The notes below the pieces were generated by a model that saw nothing but the letters and a program-made list of their open reading frames with translations, was not told the DNA's origin and did no database searches. This document shows, in pieces, positions 36,130 to 45,953 of a stretch of DNA of 64,000 bases. Within the stretch, counting starts at the first letter, position 1. Every line of letters starts with the position of its first letter. The DNA lies in the IMG/VR virus record IMGVR_UViG_3300037484_000776, positions 22,951-86,950 of that record; one strand, 5' to 3'. Made by a program: the position numbers and the translations under genes. The DNA comes from a virus. Its lineage: Duplodnaviria; Caudoviricetes.

Positions 36130-38919
36130 TCATTCTCCTAGAAGCTCTTTGAGCATGGTGCTCTTATCTCCCTGGACTTCTTCGTTAACTTTGAACCTTC
36201 CTAACATAGTGTCAATGCGTTTCGGCAAAACTGTTTCAACTACCTCCGGTAAATAAATACTTACCACTTTCTTTTGCCCCTTTCTATGGACCCTGCCGCA
36301 AGCCTGGATGAAGGAGCCAGGTATTGATGTAGGCTCCAAGAAAGCGATATACCTACAAACTCCCTGGAGATTCAGCCCAGTTCCCCCTGACCTTGGATGA
36401 GCAATCATCACACTGCAATTACTATCGCTCAAGAACTTTGCTACTTCTTCTGTGGTGTTTGCCGTAGAGTTCACAACCGCGACATCGTATTCCTTTAACC
36501 AATTCTTTCGGACGTGATCTATGGTCGCTATAAAATGAGCAAAGATGACTATCTTTTCGCCGTGGCCTATACCTAAACTTTCTAGCAATGTCATTAACCA
36601 TTCACGAACTGTGTTTTCAGCCTTGAAATCTGGGTCTACCACTTCCGGGACAACAGCCATCTGAGCAGCCATCATACGTAATCTTTGTTGACTCGAAAAG
36701 TCCAGCACCATTTCTTCTGTGGCTATTACCATTTCCTTAATTATCTTCTTATATGCCTTTAAATGCTCTTGCCCTAAGATTATCCTTGACCTTATTATGT
36801 GTGGCTTATCTAATGGGAAAAGCTGCTCAACTCTTAATCGTCTTGAATTAACGTATAAATTATGATTTAGTAAACCAAGTTCCTTATACCCGATGATTGT
36901 CTCGAACTGGTATGATCTTCCGTCTGCGCTTTCCTTCCTAAACTCGACCGTATCCAAATGAATTTTCCTAAACGCTTGGTTATCCGTATATGCTCTTGGG
37001 TTGGTCAGTGAAATTATTCCGTAAAGGTCTGCTATGTTATTACTGGCTGGCGTTCCAGACATGCACAATAGCCCTGCTCCACCGTTTTCCGCGTCGTTAT
37101 ACTTAACAAAAGTCTTTACTTTCTTATACAACTTACTTGTTGAGTTCGAGATTCCTAATAGATGACACTCATCAATAACCATTGCCCGATAGTGTTTAAC
37201 TAGCCTATCCGCAACACCAAGATACCGAGCCGCGGATAATAACAGGATGTCTGGAAATCCGCTAGCGTTCCACCCATCAAACAGGTCTTCCAAGCTATTG
37301 CATTTTCTAATCGCAGAGACCGCTCCGATAGAGCAACCGTAAAGCTCTGCTATCCTAGACATTGACATTTCGCCCGGAGCAAGCGCCCTTATAGCCTGCA
37401 CTTCCTTTGGCAAAAAAGGAACGTCCTCTAGCCTCTTCATCTTTATGCAGGTCTGGTACAAAGACTCCGGTATCTTTTGCTCCCTCAAAGTAACCTCTTT
37501 GCTAATCTTTGTGTGGTAATCCCTTAACACAAGTTGTGCTTTCTTCTTACCGATCTTTATAGGCAAAGGAGAAGCCGTTAGGGTGTGAATATTAAACCGA
37601 TCGGCTACCCCCGGAAAGAATACCTCAAACGCATCCCTTAGTTGTGCCAACAACACCGGAGGCATGATGGCTATGCACTTATTTCCGAAGGCTGCGTTTG
37701 CCAACATAAATCCCATAGCCGGGAGGGTTTTGCCACAGTTCCCAGTTACAAAAATATACCCGTTCCTTCTAAGTACTAAATAGCCTTTAGGCACTGTAAA
37801 ACAATAAACGTCAGCCTCTCCTTCTATCTTAGTTATATTTTCTTTCCTTGGCATTACATAAGGAGATTGGGTCCCTCTTGATTTAACATCATAAGTTGCA
37901 TTACCCTTATCTGGTCTGTCACTCTTTGACAAACTCGACGCTATTCCTTGAGTAGCAATAACAAACTGTATGAAGTCGGAGCTTTCCTTTGAGGTTGAGC
38001 AAAAACTACTACCTCTTCCATTTACTGCCTTAGATCCATCCCAATGAGGAAACTCCTCAAATACCACAGTCCTTTGTTTACTGCTTATACCCCAGTAGTC
38101 AGACCCAAATTTCTTTTCTCTTCTAGGAGCAGAAAAAGACACTCTGAAAAATCCCTCCGGTAAGCAGGGTCTACAAGTGTAAGGTATTTCTGCCTTATCT
38201 AAAAGTTCCTTTATTCTCGTCAGTTTCCGTTCCTTTTTAAGTCGCAATATCACAGTGTTGCAGTTGTTAGGGAAATATCCATCAGCTATTACGGCTACCA
38301 TAATCCTTAGTTGGTCGTCTGTTAGAAACTCTTTTCCTTCCATTGGTAAATTAAATACAGTTGGTATTCTACGATCTATCTTATATCCATCGTCCAACAA
38401 TGATTCAGCTAACATTGTTTTCCAATATGTCCTATCTCCTAATCCTCTTCTATCGTCTCTAGCTTTATTAGCTAAGTTTACTTTTACTAATACCTTATGA
38501 TCCGGACTAAGAAGTTGATCTGTACCCCTCGACCCTTTTATAGATACCAAATAAGGTGCCCTTTCCTTTACATATCTAAAAGGTCTACAAAAAGAGGCGG
38601 TGTCCGTTTCTATATCATACTGGCAAACCAAAACTCCCTCTTCATATTGGTCTATTCTCTTCCAACCAGTTGGAGATAAATATTCGGTATCTCCAGATAC
38701 ACAGCCGCACTCGTCTAACAGCCCGAACTTCCCCTTCAGCAAAGCCCCGTTTAATGCTGTGATCTGATGAGGCATAATATGAAAGGGCTCGCCGAACATC
38801 ATGTCCGGCATCTTGATGCCCTTGAGAATGGCGGGCACATCCGGTATGCCCGCCGCCTGTAGATAGCCCTCCAGCGTCCATGCTGGAGAAATATCTTCCG
38901 CAAGGTTACTATTGACCAT
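36130..38919 (-). CDS. SNF2-like (SF2) helicase with intein
   Basis: Walker A DECG|CGKT split by the intein, DECH, SGTP, GGTGLNLQ and QACGRVHRKGQ motifs. Confidence 0.88.
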   Translation of the reverse strand: MVNSNLAEDISPAWTLEGYLQAAGIPDVPAILKGIKMPDMMFGEPFHIMPHQITALNGALLKGKFGLLDECGCVSGDTEYLSPTGWKRIDQYEEGVLVCQYDIETDTASFCRPFRYVKERAPYLVSIKGSRGTDQLLSPDHKVLVKVNLANKARDDRRGLGDRTYWKTMLAESLLDDGYKIDRRIPTVFNLPMEGKEFLTDDQLRIMVAVIADGYFPNNCNTVILRLKKERKLTRIKELLDKAEIPYTCRPCLPEGFFRVSFSAPRREKKFGSDYWGISSKQRTVVFEEFPHWDGSKAVNGRGSSFCSTSKESSDFIQFVIATQGIASSLSKSDRPDKGNATYDVKSRGTQSPYVMPRKENITKIEGEADVYCFTVPKGYLVLRRNGYIFVTGNCGKTLPAMGFMLANAAFGNKCIAIMPPVLLAQLRDAFEVFFPGVADRFNIHTLTASPLPIKIGKKKAQLVLRDYHTKISKEVTLREQKIPESLYQTCIKMKRLEDVPFLPKEVQAIRALAPGEMSMSRIAELYGCSIGAVSAIRKCNSLEDLFDGWNASGFPDILLLSAARYLGVADRLVKHYRAMVIDECHLLGISNSTSKLYKKVKTFVKYNDAENGGAGLLCMSGTPASNNIADLYGIISLTNPRAYTDNQAFRKIHLDTVEFRKESADGRSYQFETIIGYKELGLLNHNLYVNSRRLRVEQLFPLDKPHIIRSRIILGQEHLKAYKKIIKEMVIATEEMVLDFSSQQRLRMMAAQMAVVPEVVDPDFKAENTVREWLMTLLESLGIGHGEKIVIFAHFIATIDHVRKNWLKEYDVAVVNSTANTTEEVAKFLSDSNCSVMIAHPRSGGTGLNLQGVCRYIAFLEPTSIPGSFIQACGRVHRKGQKKVVSIYLPEVVETVLPKRIDTMLGRFKVNEEVQGDKSTMLKELLGE
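37738..38703 (-). mobile_element. LAGLIDADG intein in helicase Walker A (322 aa)
   Basis: Starts CVSGDTEYLSPTGW, block B LLSPDH, motifs AVIADGYF and FPHWDGS, ends VYCFTVPKGYLVLRRNGYIFVTGN; +1 residue is Cys. Confidence 0.9.
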
Positions 38920-41728
38920 AGAAATAAGACGGCTCCACTCCCTTTGCCTTTAGCTTTTCCATGTCCAGCATACAAACTGAACGAGGAGTCCTACCGTCAG
39001 GATGCTGTCCCTGATAAGAGATAAAATAATCCTCGTTCTCCAGGTCCCTGTAGACTTGCTCTGCCTTGATATAGATCGGCGGTTCTGAGAGATCCCTCAT
39101 CCATCGCTTATACAAGAAGATGACCATATGTATGTCGATGTGTAATCTCCCATCTATGGTCGCATAGTGTACGTTTTGCTGTAAGCCGTTATCTCTCCAA
39201 TGACCTCCAGAATAGTAGGCTTGAGCCATCTCTCCAAGGGTAGTTATAAAGATGTCCATCTCTGTACGACTCTTGGTCATAATAATCTCCTCCTTGTGCT
39301 GATCAAGCTCTGAATCCAATGCCGCTTTAAGCTCCTCGAACTTCTCTCTTAACTCCTCCAACCCAAGGTGGTCTACCAGCTGGTTCTTTAAAAACTCCAG
39401 ACCGACATACAGGCAGGCATAAGCAAACTTGGGCCTGTCTGGCAAACCATACGGGATCTTCTCTAAGTACTCCTCGATCTTTTCCTTGGTCCAGCTTGTA
39501 GGCGTTCTCAAGGCCCTCAAGGTTAGAAACTTGGCGGCCTTTAAGATCAGGTCCTGCCCTTCGGTCGCCACCTTGTAATGCTTATCCCTGCCGGCCTTTC
39601 CTCTTACTGCCATACAGACCGAAACAGTTCTCTCTTGTAGAGCCGGAACTTCAGGTATCTGCTCCGAGCAATAAATCAAAGGAGAAGTGGTCTTCAAAGA
39701 AGCCACGTCCGCCCCTATCTGTCCTTGTTGCTTCCCGCTGCTTAGCATTCCTCTAGGAACTGACATCCCGTTCCATGCCGACTTTAAGATCTCCGTAACA
39801 AAAGAGAACATAGAGTGGACTGAGAACTTACTCTTGTTGAACTCTTCAAATATCCTAGGGATAGTCGTAGTTGTCGCAGCCACCTTTACAATGGGAAACT
39901 TTGTGGATAGCGTGACCACTACCGGGTCCATATTCTCTCCCCCATACCTTACTCCGTTCAGCAAGCAGAACAATAAGCTCGTTGCTGTCTTCCCAGACCC
40001 CCTGACTCCCCACATATTTAGCAGGGGGAACTGAATATAATCTGCCATGATGTGTGCCTTAAGATGGCAAGCTCCGTGCCAGGCCAGAAGATGTGCTACT
40101 GTCTTAGGGTTGTTGACTTCCATGAGACTAAATAATACGTCGCTTATCTCTGGTTTTTCGTTCTCAACAATGTCTTCTACATGCTTTAGACAGGGCGATC
40201 CCTCTACTTTACCAAGCGTTTGGTGGGTATCTTGCATCTGGTATTGGCTGATAGACCACCCCGGTTCCACGTAAGTCATAACCCTGTGCTTCTGTCTCAC
40301 CGTATTTATCACGATCCCGACAACATTTGAGTACATTATCTGGTCGAGATTATCGGACGATGCAAACACAAACTGCTTCATCCTCTGCACATCAGTATCT
40401 GTTCCTACAAACGTTGCGTTGCTGATCCCCTCGAAGGTTTTGATCAGCTCACTCCTTGATCTAAATGCAGTTTCAGGAACTATCCTGTCACCTATATCAA
40501 GTCCTTCAACTCTCACGCTCATCTTCGTCCCCATTCTACTAGTTGTACTTGTGTTAGCATCCTCTTCAAAGTAGCACTCTACCGGGGTAAAGGTAAAATT
40601 ACTTATAGCTCTCGTCGGCAACCCTTCCTCGTCAGTTGCCATGTATCCTGTGTCTTGAAGCAGGATAGCAGTCCTTAGTGTTGCATCGGGTTCGACTCCA
40701 TTTACCTTGCTAACTGCCTGCAAGGGGCATCCCTGGCAAGGCGCGCCCCCGACTATCTTCCTCATCGCTGCACAGGAGAACTCATACTTCTGAGTAGACC
40801 TCATATATGAGGTTTGCATCAGTAGGTGTTCTCTCTTCTTCTGTACAGTAGGGTAGCTGCCGCTATCTATCGACTTCGCTGCCCGATCTATCAAAGTATT
40901 GGCAACCGCTGGTTGGCATCCTGCCCGGCTTATGAAAATCCCCAGATTCATAGCTATCTGGTTAAAGTTAGATTGCTGCTCCTTTACCTTTCCATCGCAA
41001 ACCATCTCTATGCAAGCTGGTGGCGTCTCAGTAAACGGCTGTAGATCCTTTTGCTCTACTGTATTAGTCTGTACCTCTGTTTTAGCTTTGATAGCTTTCT
41101 GCGCTTCTTTAAAGCGCAAAGACAAGGATACAGCCTGACTCCCTTTATAGGTCCACTTAGGAATCTCCCTTGGACTTGATACCAACTGCTTGTAGTCAGC
41201 AGGAGCCATGGAGTACAACTCTTCAAGAGTTATACGCACCCTGTAATTTCCGTCTGGACGTAGAGCATTCTCAGGTCTAAATAACCTTCCTTTGCCTCCT
41301 GAGTAGACCTGGAAATCCATGCCTATGACAAACAAGCCTTTGGCCAGCTCTCTATAAATATAGGGTAACCCTTTTAAACCTCGGTTAGGTCTATCTCTGA
41401 TAGCTTTTTCATTTACTATAACGTGGAATCCTTTTCCTCCAGAGGCAAAGACTTCTATAGCTTCCTTTGGTACATCAAAATCTCTTAGCTTCCTTACCAA
41501 TTCTCTTGTGCTATCTATAGACGTGGACAAGTCCGCATTATCTATGTCAGCATACCACGGCCCAAAGTACTCTATTGTTTCGTCGTTCTCGTCTCCAGCA
41601 ACCTCCTTGTTTAGTCCAAGAATCGAATATCTTGTCCCTCCGGCTTTTTCTAATCTACTGAAAAAGTCAGGACCGTCCTCTATTGGCTTCCATTGCCCTT
41701 TTTCTCCTACCTGGTAGTAGCGTAACAT
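38909..41728 (-). CDS. AEP-type primase fused to P-loop helicase-like domain
   Basis: YADID and SGGKGFH primase motifs, Cys cluster (C...CQGCP) and GVRGSGKT P-loop. Confidence 0.75.
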   Translation of the reverse strand: MLRYYQVGEKGQWKPIEDGPDFFSRLEKAGGTRYSILGLNKEVAGDENDETIEYFGPWYADIDNADLSTSIDSTRELVRKLRDFDVPKEAIEVFASGGKGFHVIVNEKAIRDRPNRGLKGLPYIYRELAKGLFVIGMDFQVYSGGKGRLFRPENALRPDGNYRVRITLEELYSMAPADYKQLVSSPREIPKWTYKGSQAVSLSLRFKEAQKAIKAKTEVQTNTVEQKDLQPFTETPPACIEMVCDGKVKEQQSNFNQIAMNLGIFISRAGCQPAVANTLIDRAAKSIDSGSYPTVQKKREHLLMQTSYMRSTQKYEFSCAAMRKIVGGAPCQGCPLQAVSKVNGVEPDATLRTAILLQDTGYMATDEEGLPTRAISNFTFTPVECYFEEDANTSTTSRMGTKMSVRVEGLDIGDRIVPETAFRSRSELIKTFEGISNATFVGTDTDVQRMKQFVFASSDNLDQIMYSNVVGIVINTVRQKHRVMTYVEPGWSISQYQMQDTHQTLGKVEGSPCLKHVEDIVENEKPEISDVLFSLMEVNNPKTVAHLLAWHGACHLKAHIMADYIQFPLLNMWGVRGSGKTATSLLFCLLNGVRYGGENMDPVVVTLSTKFPIVKVAATTTTIPRIFEEFNKSKFSVHSMFSFVTEILKSAWNGMSVPRGMLSSGKQQGQIGADVASLKTTSPLIYCSEQIPEVPALQERTVSVCMAVRGKAGRDKHYKVATEGQDLILKAAKFLTLRALRTPTSWTKEKIEEYLEKIPYGLPDRPKFAYACLYVGLEFLKNQLVDHLGLEELREKFEELKAALDSELDQHKEEIIMTKSRTEMDIFITTLGEMAQAYYSGGHWRDNGLQQNVHYATIDGRLHIDIHMVIFLYKRWMRDLSEPPIYIKAEQVYRDLENEDYFISYQGQHPDGRTPRSVCMLDMEKLKAKGVEPSYFYGQ

Positions 41729-41771
41729 TTAACTCTCCATTTATAATTTGAGGTAAGGAAGCGCTAATTTG

Positions 41772-42101
41772 TTAAGCTATTTTCTTTTCAGTTAACTTCA
41801 CAATAAACACCCGGGTATCGTTTTCCTTCCCATCCAAGGTCACCCTTGAGACCTTAAAGTCCTGATTCTTTACCAATCCCTTGTGCTCAAGCACTGTAAT
41901 TACGTTGGACAGCCTCTTAACCTTAGAGGATGCCATAGTAATAATCCCTTTCACATCTAGTCGGTTATACTCCCTTGAAATACTAGCCCAATCCAGTCTT
42001 TGTTTTTCAGCGGTAGCTCGTACCGCTTGGAACAAGGCAGGATGTCTAGGGTCGCATGTATTTACAGACACGACCGCCGGCTGCTCGCTTGTATCGAACA
42101 T
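41772..42101 (-). CDS. Hypothetical protein
   Basis: SD gagga; lies between thyA and primase. Confidence 0.55.
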   Translation of the reverse strand: MFDTSEQPAVVSVNTCDPRHPALFQAVRATAEKQRLDWASISREYNRLDVKGIITMASSKVKRLSNVITVLEHKGLVKNQDFKVSRVTLDGKENDTRVFIVKLTEKKIA

Positions 42102-42118
42102 TTTTATAATCCTCTGTA

Positions 42119-42988
42119 TTAAACGGAAAATGGGTAGGCAACCTTGCCGTGATGGTGGTAATTCATCAGGCAGAAGTTGTCTGGTGTCGCCTTCTCGAAA
42201 TGTTCAAGCGTTCTAAGGTACTGCCCGATGTGTAGGCGGGGCGGCACCTTTGGCTCCCTGCTCAGTTGCTCATCTACGAAAGGAAGTTGATTCTTGTAGA
42301 TATGCACATTACCTAATGTCATCAGCAAACGACGAGGCTTGCGGTTACTTATCTGTCCTAGGATGGACAAGAGTGTGGCATAACTGCCGATATTGTATGG
42401 TATTCCCAACGGGAGATCCGCCGAACGCTGGTACATAGCCATGTCCAGGAACTCTCCCTTGCCCCCTCCTACGTGGACCTGGACAAAAGCATGGCACGGT
42501 GCCAAGGCCATGGCTTCAAACTCACCAGGATTCCAAGCCGACATAATAGCACGTCTTTCGTCCTTTCCAGAAACTACCTTATTAACAAGGTCTTGCAGTT
42601 GATCTACCTCCTTCACTTGGGTCCCTTTTTTGTTAAAGAGTAGGCTGTTCCATCTCCTCCACTGTACCCCATAGATCCGGCCTAGGTCATCATCTCCCCT
42701 GCGATAGTGAGAGGCCAGCCAGTTAGGCTCCTTGTTAGCATTGTCGTTCCATATGTTTGTGCCGAGGTCTCTGAAGGTCTTGGCACTATCGGCCCCACGA
42801 ATAAATCCCAACAGCTCAGCCACAACGGATGTAAAGTTAACTTCCTTCGTAGTTAAAATAGGGAAGCTCTCTGCAACGTTATTAAACTCTAAGGTCCTGC
42901 CAAACAAGCAGAGGGTCTCACCATTGCGCTCCATCCTTGGCTCCCCCTTCTCCTTTACCTCTCTTAACAAGTCTAAATAGTTTCTCAT
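42119..42988 (-). CDS. thyA: Thymidylate synthase
   Basis: FPILTTK, DLGRIYGVQWR, LAPCH, YQRSADLPLGIPYN and HIY motifs. Confidence 0.93.
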   Translation of the reverse strand: MRNYLDLLREVKEKGEPRMERNGETLCLFGRTLEFNNVAESFPILTTKEVNFTSVVAELLGFIRGADSAKTFRDLGTNIWNDNANKEPNWLASHYRRGDDDLGRIYGVQWRRWNSLLFNKKGTQVKEVDQLQDLVNKVVSGKDERRAIMSAWNPGEFEAMALAPCHAFVQVHVGGGKGEFLDMAMYQRSADLPLGIPYNIGSYATLLSILGQISNRKPRRLLMTLGNVHIYKNQLPFVDEQLSREPKVPPRLHIGQYLRTLEHFEKATPDNFCLMNYHHHGKVAYPFSV

Positions 42989-42991
42989 GAT

Positions 42992-43144
42992 TTAGTTCAC
43001 TAACATAAGGAAAAAGACTACCCAGGATAACAGCAATAATGAGATGTTAAAGGCTCTGCTACTCTCATAATTTTCAGTTAATACAGCCCAGGTCCAACCA
43101 AAGAGGACCGCTATATCGTATAGCAGCTTAAACAACATTTCCAT
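42992..43144 (-). CDS. 50-aa two-TM membrane peptide
   Basis: Hand-translated MEMLFKLLYDIAVLFGWTWAVL...ISLLLLSWVVFFLMLVN. Confidence 0.45.
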   Translation of the reverse strand: MEMLFKLLYDIAVLFGWTWAVLTENYESSRAFNISLLLLSWVVFFLMLVN

Positions 43145-43190
43145 CTTACTATCAGCCCTTACTACATAAACAATTTAAGGGCCTCGCTTT

Positions 43191-43469
43191 CTAATTAGTT
43201 TTTGTTCTAGTCTCTTTAAACCGGCCCACTGCCATAACAAGCCACTCCGGCACCTCAATCTCAACCCCTTCATTCAAAGTCTCGATACTCTGCAAAGCCT
43301 CTGCGTATTTTGTTACTGAAGCCACTTTAATCGCCGATAAAAACCTTATCAACTCAGTAGGCGATACCCCAGTTCCAGACTTCTTTAACGGTCTTCTCTG
43401 TACCTCTCCTAATGTGGGTATGTATTTCTTTCTTGTAAAGATGTCTATGATTTGGCACTCCTTACGCAT
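43191..43469 (-). CDS. Hypothetical protein
   Basis: Likely start ATG 43469 (MRKECQII), overlapping the upstream stop. Confidence 0.5.
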   Translation of the reverse strand: MRKECQIIDIFTRKKYIPTLGEVQRRPLKKSGTGVSPTELIRFLSAIKVASVTKYAEALQSIETLNEGVEIEVPEWLVMAVGRFKETRTKTN

Positions 43470-43920
43470 TATTAAATGCCTCCTCAATAACGTAATCCAT
43501 AGAAATGGCTTGTCCTGTTGTAGTACGACCCCATACTGGGCCAAGCCCGCAGACGCTCCACACCACTCTCTCACCCAAGCTCTCCAATTTCTGAGCCAGG
43601 TAGTCACTAACTACCCACGCCTCAAAAACCTCCCTCTCATAAGGATCTATCCCTTCTTCTTCACAAAGACCTTGCCAATCAACGGCTTCGCTAGTCATAG
43701 CGCCAGACACGTTAATGAAACCGATCCCTTCGTCCGTCTCCAACTCCCACCCATCGTCTGTGGCTGCCTCTTCGTAATCCATAACTGGGATAAAGCACTC
43801 GACCGCTTCATCCAAGTCCTCGCAATCCAGACTAGCCACCTTGGACAATATATAGGTCACGTTTAGAATTACTTCCCGCCGTACAAAATCAGAGATAGCC
43901 TTTTGATCTATAATATTCAT
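43462..43920 (-). CDS. Acidic phage hypothetical protein
   Basis: EVFEAWVVSDYLAQKL...GE...WGRTTTGQAISMDYVI, a motif recognisable from small phage/ICE proteins. Confidence 0.65.
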   Translation of the reverse strand: MNIIDQKAISDFVRREVILNVTYILSKVASLDCEDLDEAVECFIPVMDYEEAATDDGWELETDEGIGFINVSGAMTSEAVDWQGLCEEEGIDPYEREVFEAWVVSDYLAQKLESLGERVVWSVCGLGPVWGRTTTGQAISMDYVIEEAFNNA

Positions 43921-43923
43921 CTT

Positions 43924-44457
43924 CTATTTCTCCATCAAAAAACGGTCAAAGCTCTTTGTTACTGTCTCTCTAAGGTCTTCCAAGGAACCTATATTGAGAA
44001 GGCTGACAGATCTCTCATATCCACAATCACACCACGACCTTGAATCATTCTTAAAGGAGCATCCATACCTAATAACTTTCCATAGCTGTACCTTAGCCAC
44101 TTTAGGTAGTGCACTTATGAATACCTCGATTTCGTGCTGAAATCCGCAATCAGACACGACTACAACCCCTTTACCAGACTCCTTCACCTTGGCGGCCACC
44201 TCATAAGCAAAGAAGTTGATCCCCAGAACCTTCTTTACTACTTCTTCACTTACCCCTATCATCAGTTCCCTGATAAAGGGCGTTTCTCTTTTTATTTGGT
44301 CTAGGTTCTCTTCATCAATGTCCAACAACCCACATACAGCCCTTCTCAAGGGGGCCGCAAACTTAACATGCAAGAAATCGTGTCCTTCCTCTTTCAAAAT
44401 CTCGACCACGGTGTCTTTGCCGCACCCAGGCGGCCCATTCAACAGTAATATTTTCAT
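43924..44457 (-). CDS. Deoxynucleoside monophosphate kinase
   Basis: LNGPPGCGKDT P-loop, KFAAPLR and VVSDCGFQHE motifs. Confidence 0.8.
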   Translation of the reverse strand: MKILLLNGPPGCGKDTVVEILKEEGHDFLHVKFAAPLRRAVCGLLDIDEENLDQIKRETPFIRELMIGVSEEVVKKVLGINFFAYEVAAKVKESGKGVVVVSDCGFQHEIEVFISALPKVAKVQLWKVIRYGCSFKNDSRSWCDCGYERSVSLLNIGSLEDLRETVTKSFDRFLMEK

Positions 44458-44460
44458 TGT

Positions 44461-44961
44461 TTACTTACCAAGGAGCGCACTTGCCAGTTCCTTTACATAG
44501 AGGACTATGCCTTCCTTGTAATCAGACTCTATCTGACCGATCCAGTCAGACTCGTCAAACTTCAATCCCCCTGTTTCAATATCTCTGGCCCTCACTCCAA
44601 CTAATACATACCCCCAATTACCAGCATAAAGCCCCCTTACCCTCTCGCAGTTAGCTTCTACCGCCCTTGCGGCCTTCTCCCCAACTGTTCCATTACCGCT
44701 GGCCTGGTAATCCCATCCCTCCTTCTTTGCCTTCTCCATAGTCCTCTGAACGTCGTAGAAAACCTTCATTCCCCTGTCCTCTGCAACTATCCTTTCACCT
44801 GGACCCTTCTCCCTGCGCTCCCATCCGCTAACGATCCCCCAACCGTCCTCCTTATTCCAAGGTAAGTACTCTTCATCATCTTCTTCTATCATTACAGTAA
44901 AGAGGAGTCCGTCCTCCTCCCATTGGTAGCCGTCATAAACATGTTCGATTTCAGTATTCAT
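44461..44961 (-). CDS. Phage hypothetical protein
   Basis: ATG 44961 with SD gaggagga. Confidence 0.6.
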   Translation of the reverse strand: MNTEIEHVYDGYQWEEDGLLFTVMIEEDDEEYLPWNKEDGWGIVSGWERREKGPGERIVAEDRGMKVFYDVQRTMEKAKKEGWDYQASGNGTVGEKAARAVEANCERVRGLYAGNWGYVLVGVRARDIETGGLKFDESDWIGQIESDYKEGIVLYVKELASALLGK

Positions 44962-44962
44962 T

Positions 44963-45220
44963 TTATTCCTCCTCACAAATGAATTCGTCTTTTTTAAATT
45001 TATGCCAACCAAACCCTAGTAATAGGTTTGCGTTCTCTGGATGCCTCAACTCGATGTCATCAAACTGTACAAACACCGCCCCCTTTTCCTCTGTATACGA
45101 GAGAAGTGCTTTCTTGCCTAGCAATCCTGCCACTTCACCGCAGTACTTTCCATGTCCATGCTTTATAATTCCCATAGGACTTGGCGTTCCGATAACGTCG
45201 TTATAATTAAGGATATACAT
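44963..45220 (-). CDS. Hypothetical protein
   Basis: Operon-packed ORF. Confidence 0.55.
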   Translation of the reverse strand: MYILNYNDVIGTPSPMGIIKHGHGKYCGEVAGLLGKKALLSYTEEKGAVFVQFDDIELRHPENANLLLGFGWHKFKKDEFICEEE

Positions 45221-45229
45221 TACTGGTCC

Positions 45230-45598
45230 TCACCTATCTTCCCACCTATCGGCGGCGGCTCCTTCTTTCCTTGCCTCGATAACCTTAAGGTAATCCTGCT
45301 CTACCTTATTTAGCCAGAGACTAAACTGGCTAAGAGATACATCCTTACCGTCCTCTCTTGTTATCTCCTCTACTTGCCACCACGCGCTCTGCCCACTCCC
45401 ATAGTCAGCGGGCTCTCCGTAAATACGGACACGCAAAAGAACTTCTTCCTCAGTCTTCGTATCGAAAACTGAGGTCTCAAAATAATCAGACAGCATAATT
45501 TGATCCCCAACATATAGAATATATCCGTTGACCTTCCCTGTCAACGAATACAGTGATGAAAAATTCCTATCGTCGTGGTTGAAGCGATAGGAAAACAA
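45230..45598 (-). CDS. Hypothetical protein (start uncertain)
   Basis: Acidic globular ORF; TTG start uncertain. Confidence 0.5.
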   Translation of the reverse strand: MFSYRFNHDDRNFSSLYSLTGKVNGYILYVGDQIMLSDYFETSVFDTKTEEEVLLRVRIYGEPADYGSGQSAWWQVEEITREDGKDVSLSQFSLWLNKVEQDYLKVIEARKEGAAADRWEDR

Positions 45599-45603
45599 AG
45601 GTG

Positions 45604-45632
45604 TTGACAGCGGGGTGGGTCTGGTTTAAACT
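45604..45632 (+). promoter_or_regulatory. Near-consensus sigma70 promoter, antisense to the gene arm
   Basis: TTGACA (45604-45609), 17 nt, TAAACT (45627-45632). Confidence 0.65.
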
Positions 45633-45637
45633 CCACC

Positions 45638-45722
45638 TTAATCTCTGTTGTTCTCGTGTCTTCTCCTTCCTCGCCGTCCGTCTTTAGCCGTCCCCCTTAA
45701 AAGGGACGGCTTTTCTTTTTCC
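45638..45722 (+). ncRNA. Candidate ~85-nt small RNA
   Basis: Bounded by the promoter above and a plus-oriented terminator; no ORF. Confidence 0.45.
45686..45722 (+). terminator. Intrinsic terminator, plus-oriented
   Basis: agccgtccc-ccttaaaa-gggacggct-tttcttttt; no U-tract on the minus side. Confidence 0.75.
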
Positions 45723-45724
45723 CT

Positions 45725-45949
45725 TTATTTTCCGTCATCCAGATCCTGGTAAGTTAACCGTGTGTCTCCGTTTAGGAGGTCAACGACCTCCTTTATATAT
45801 GCCAGACCCCTGTTGGCAAAGGTAGCGCTGTTGAACTTTGCGATTTCCACCTTACCCTTGAACAAAGGATAAACGTAAGAGTACTCTCCAATATAAGCAA
45901 AGTAAGGTCCGTTGCCTATAATAGTGTCGCCTGGATTTACCTTCTTCAT
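45725..45949 (-). CDS. Hypothetical protein
   Basis: Likely start ATG 45949 (MKKVNPGD). Confidence 0.45.
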   Translation of the reverse strand: MKKVNPGDTIIGNGPYFAYIGEYSYVYPLFKGKVEIAKFNSATFANRGLAYIKEVVDLLNGDTRLTYQDLDDGK

Positions 45950-45953
45950 CTCT

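Noticed and set aside
42119-42988. Base-hypermodifying thymidylate synthase homolog (dCMP/dUMP hydroxymethylase)
   Set aside because: It retains the dUMP-specifying Asn (PYN) and canonical ThyA motifs throughout.
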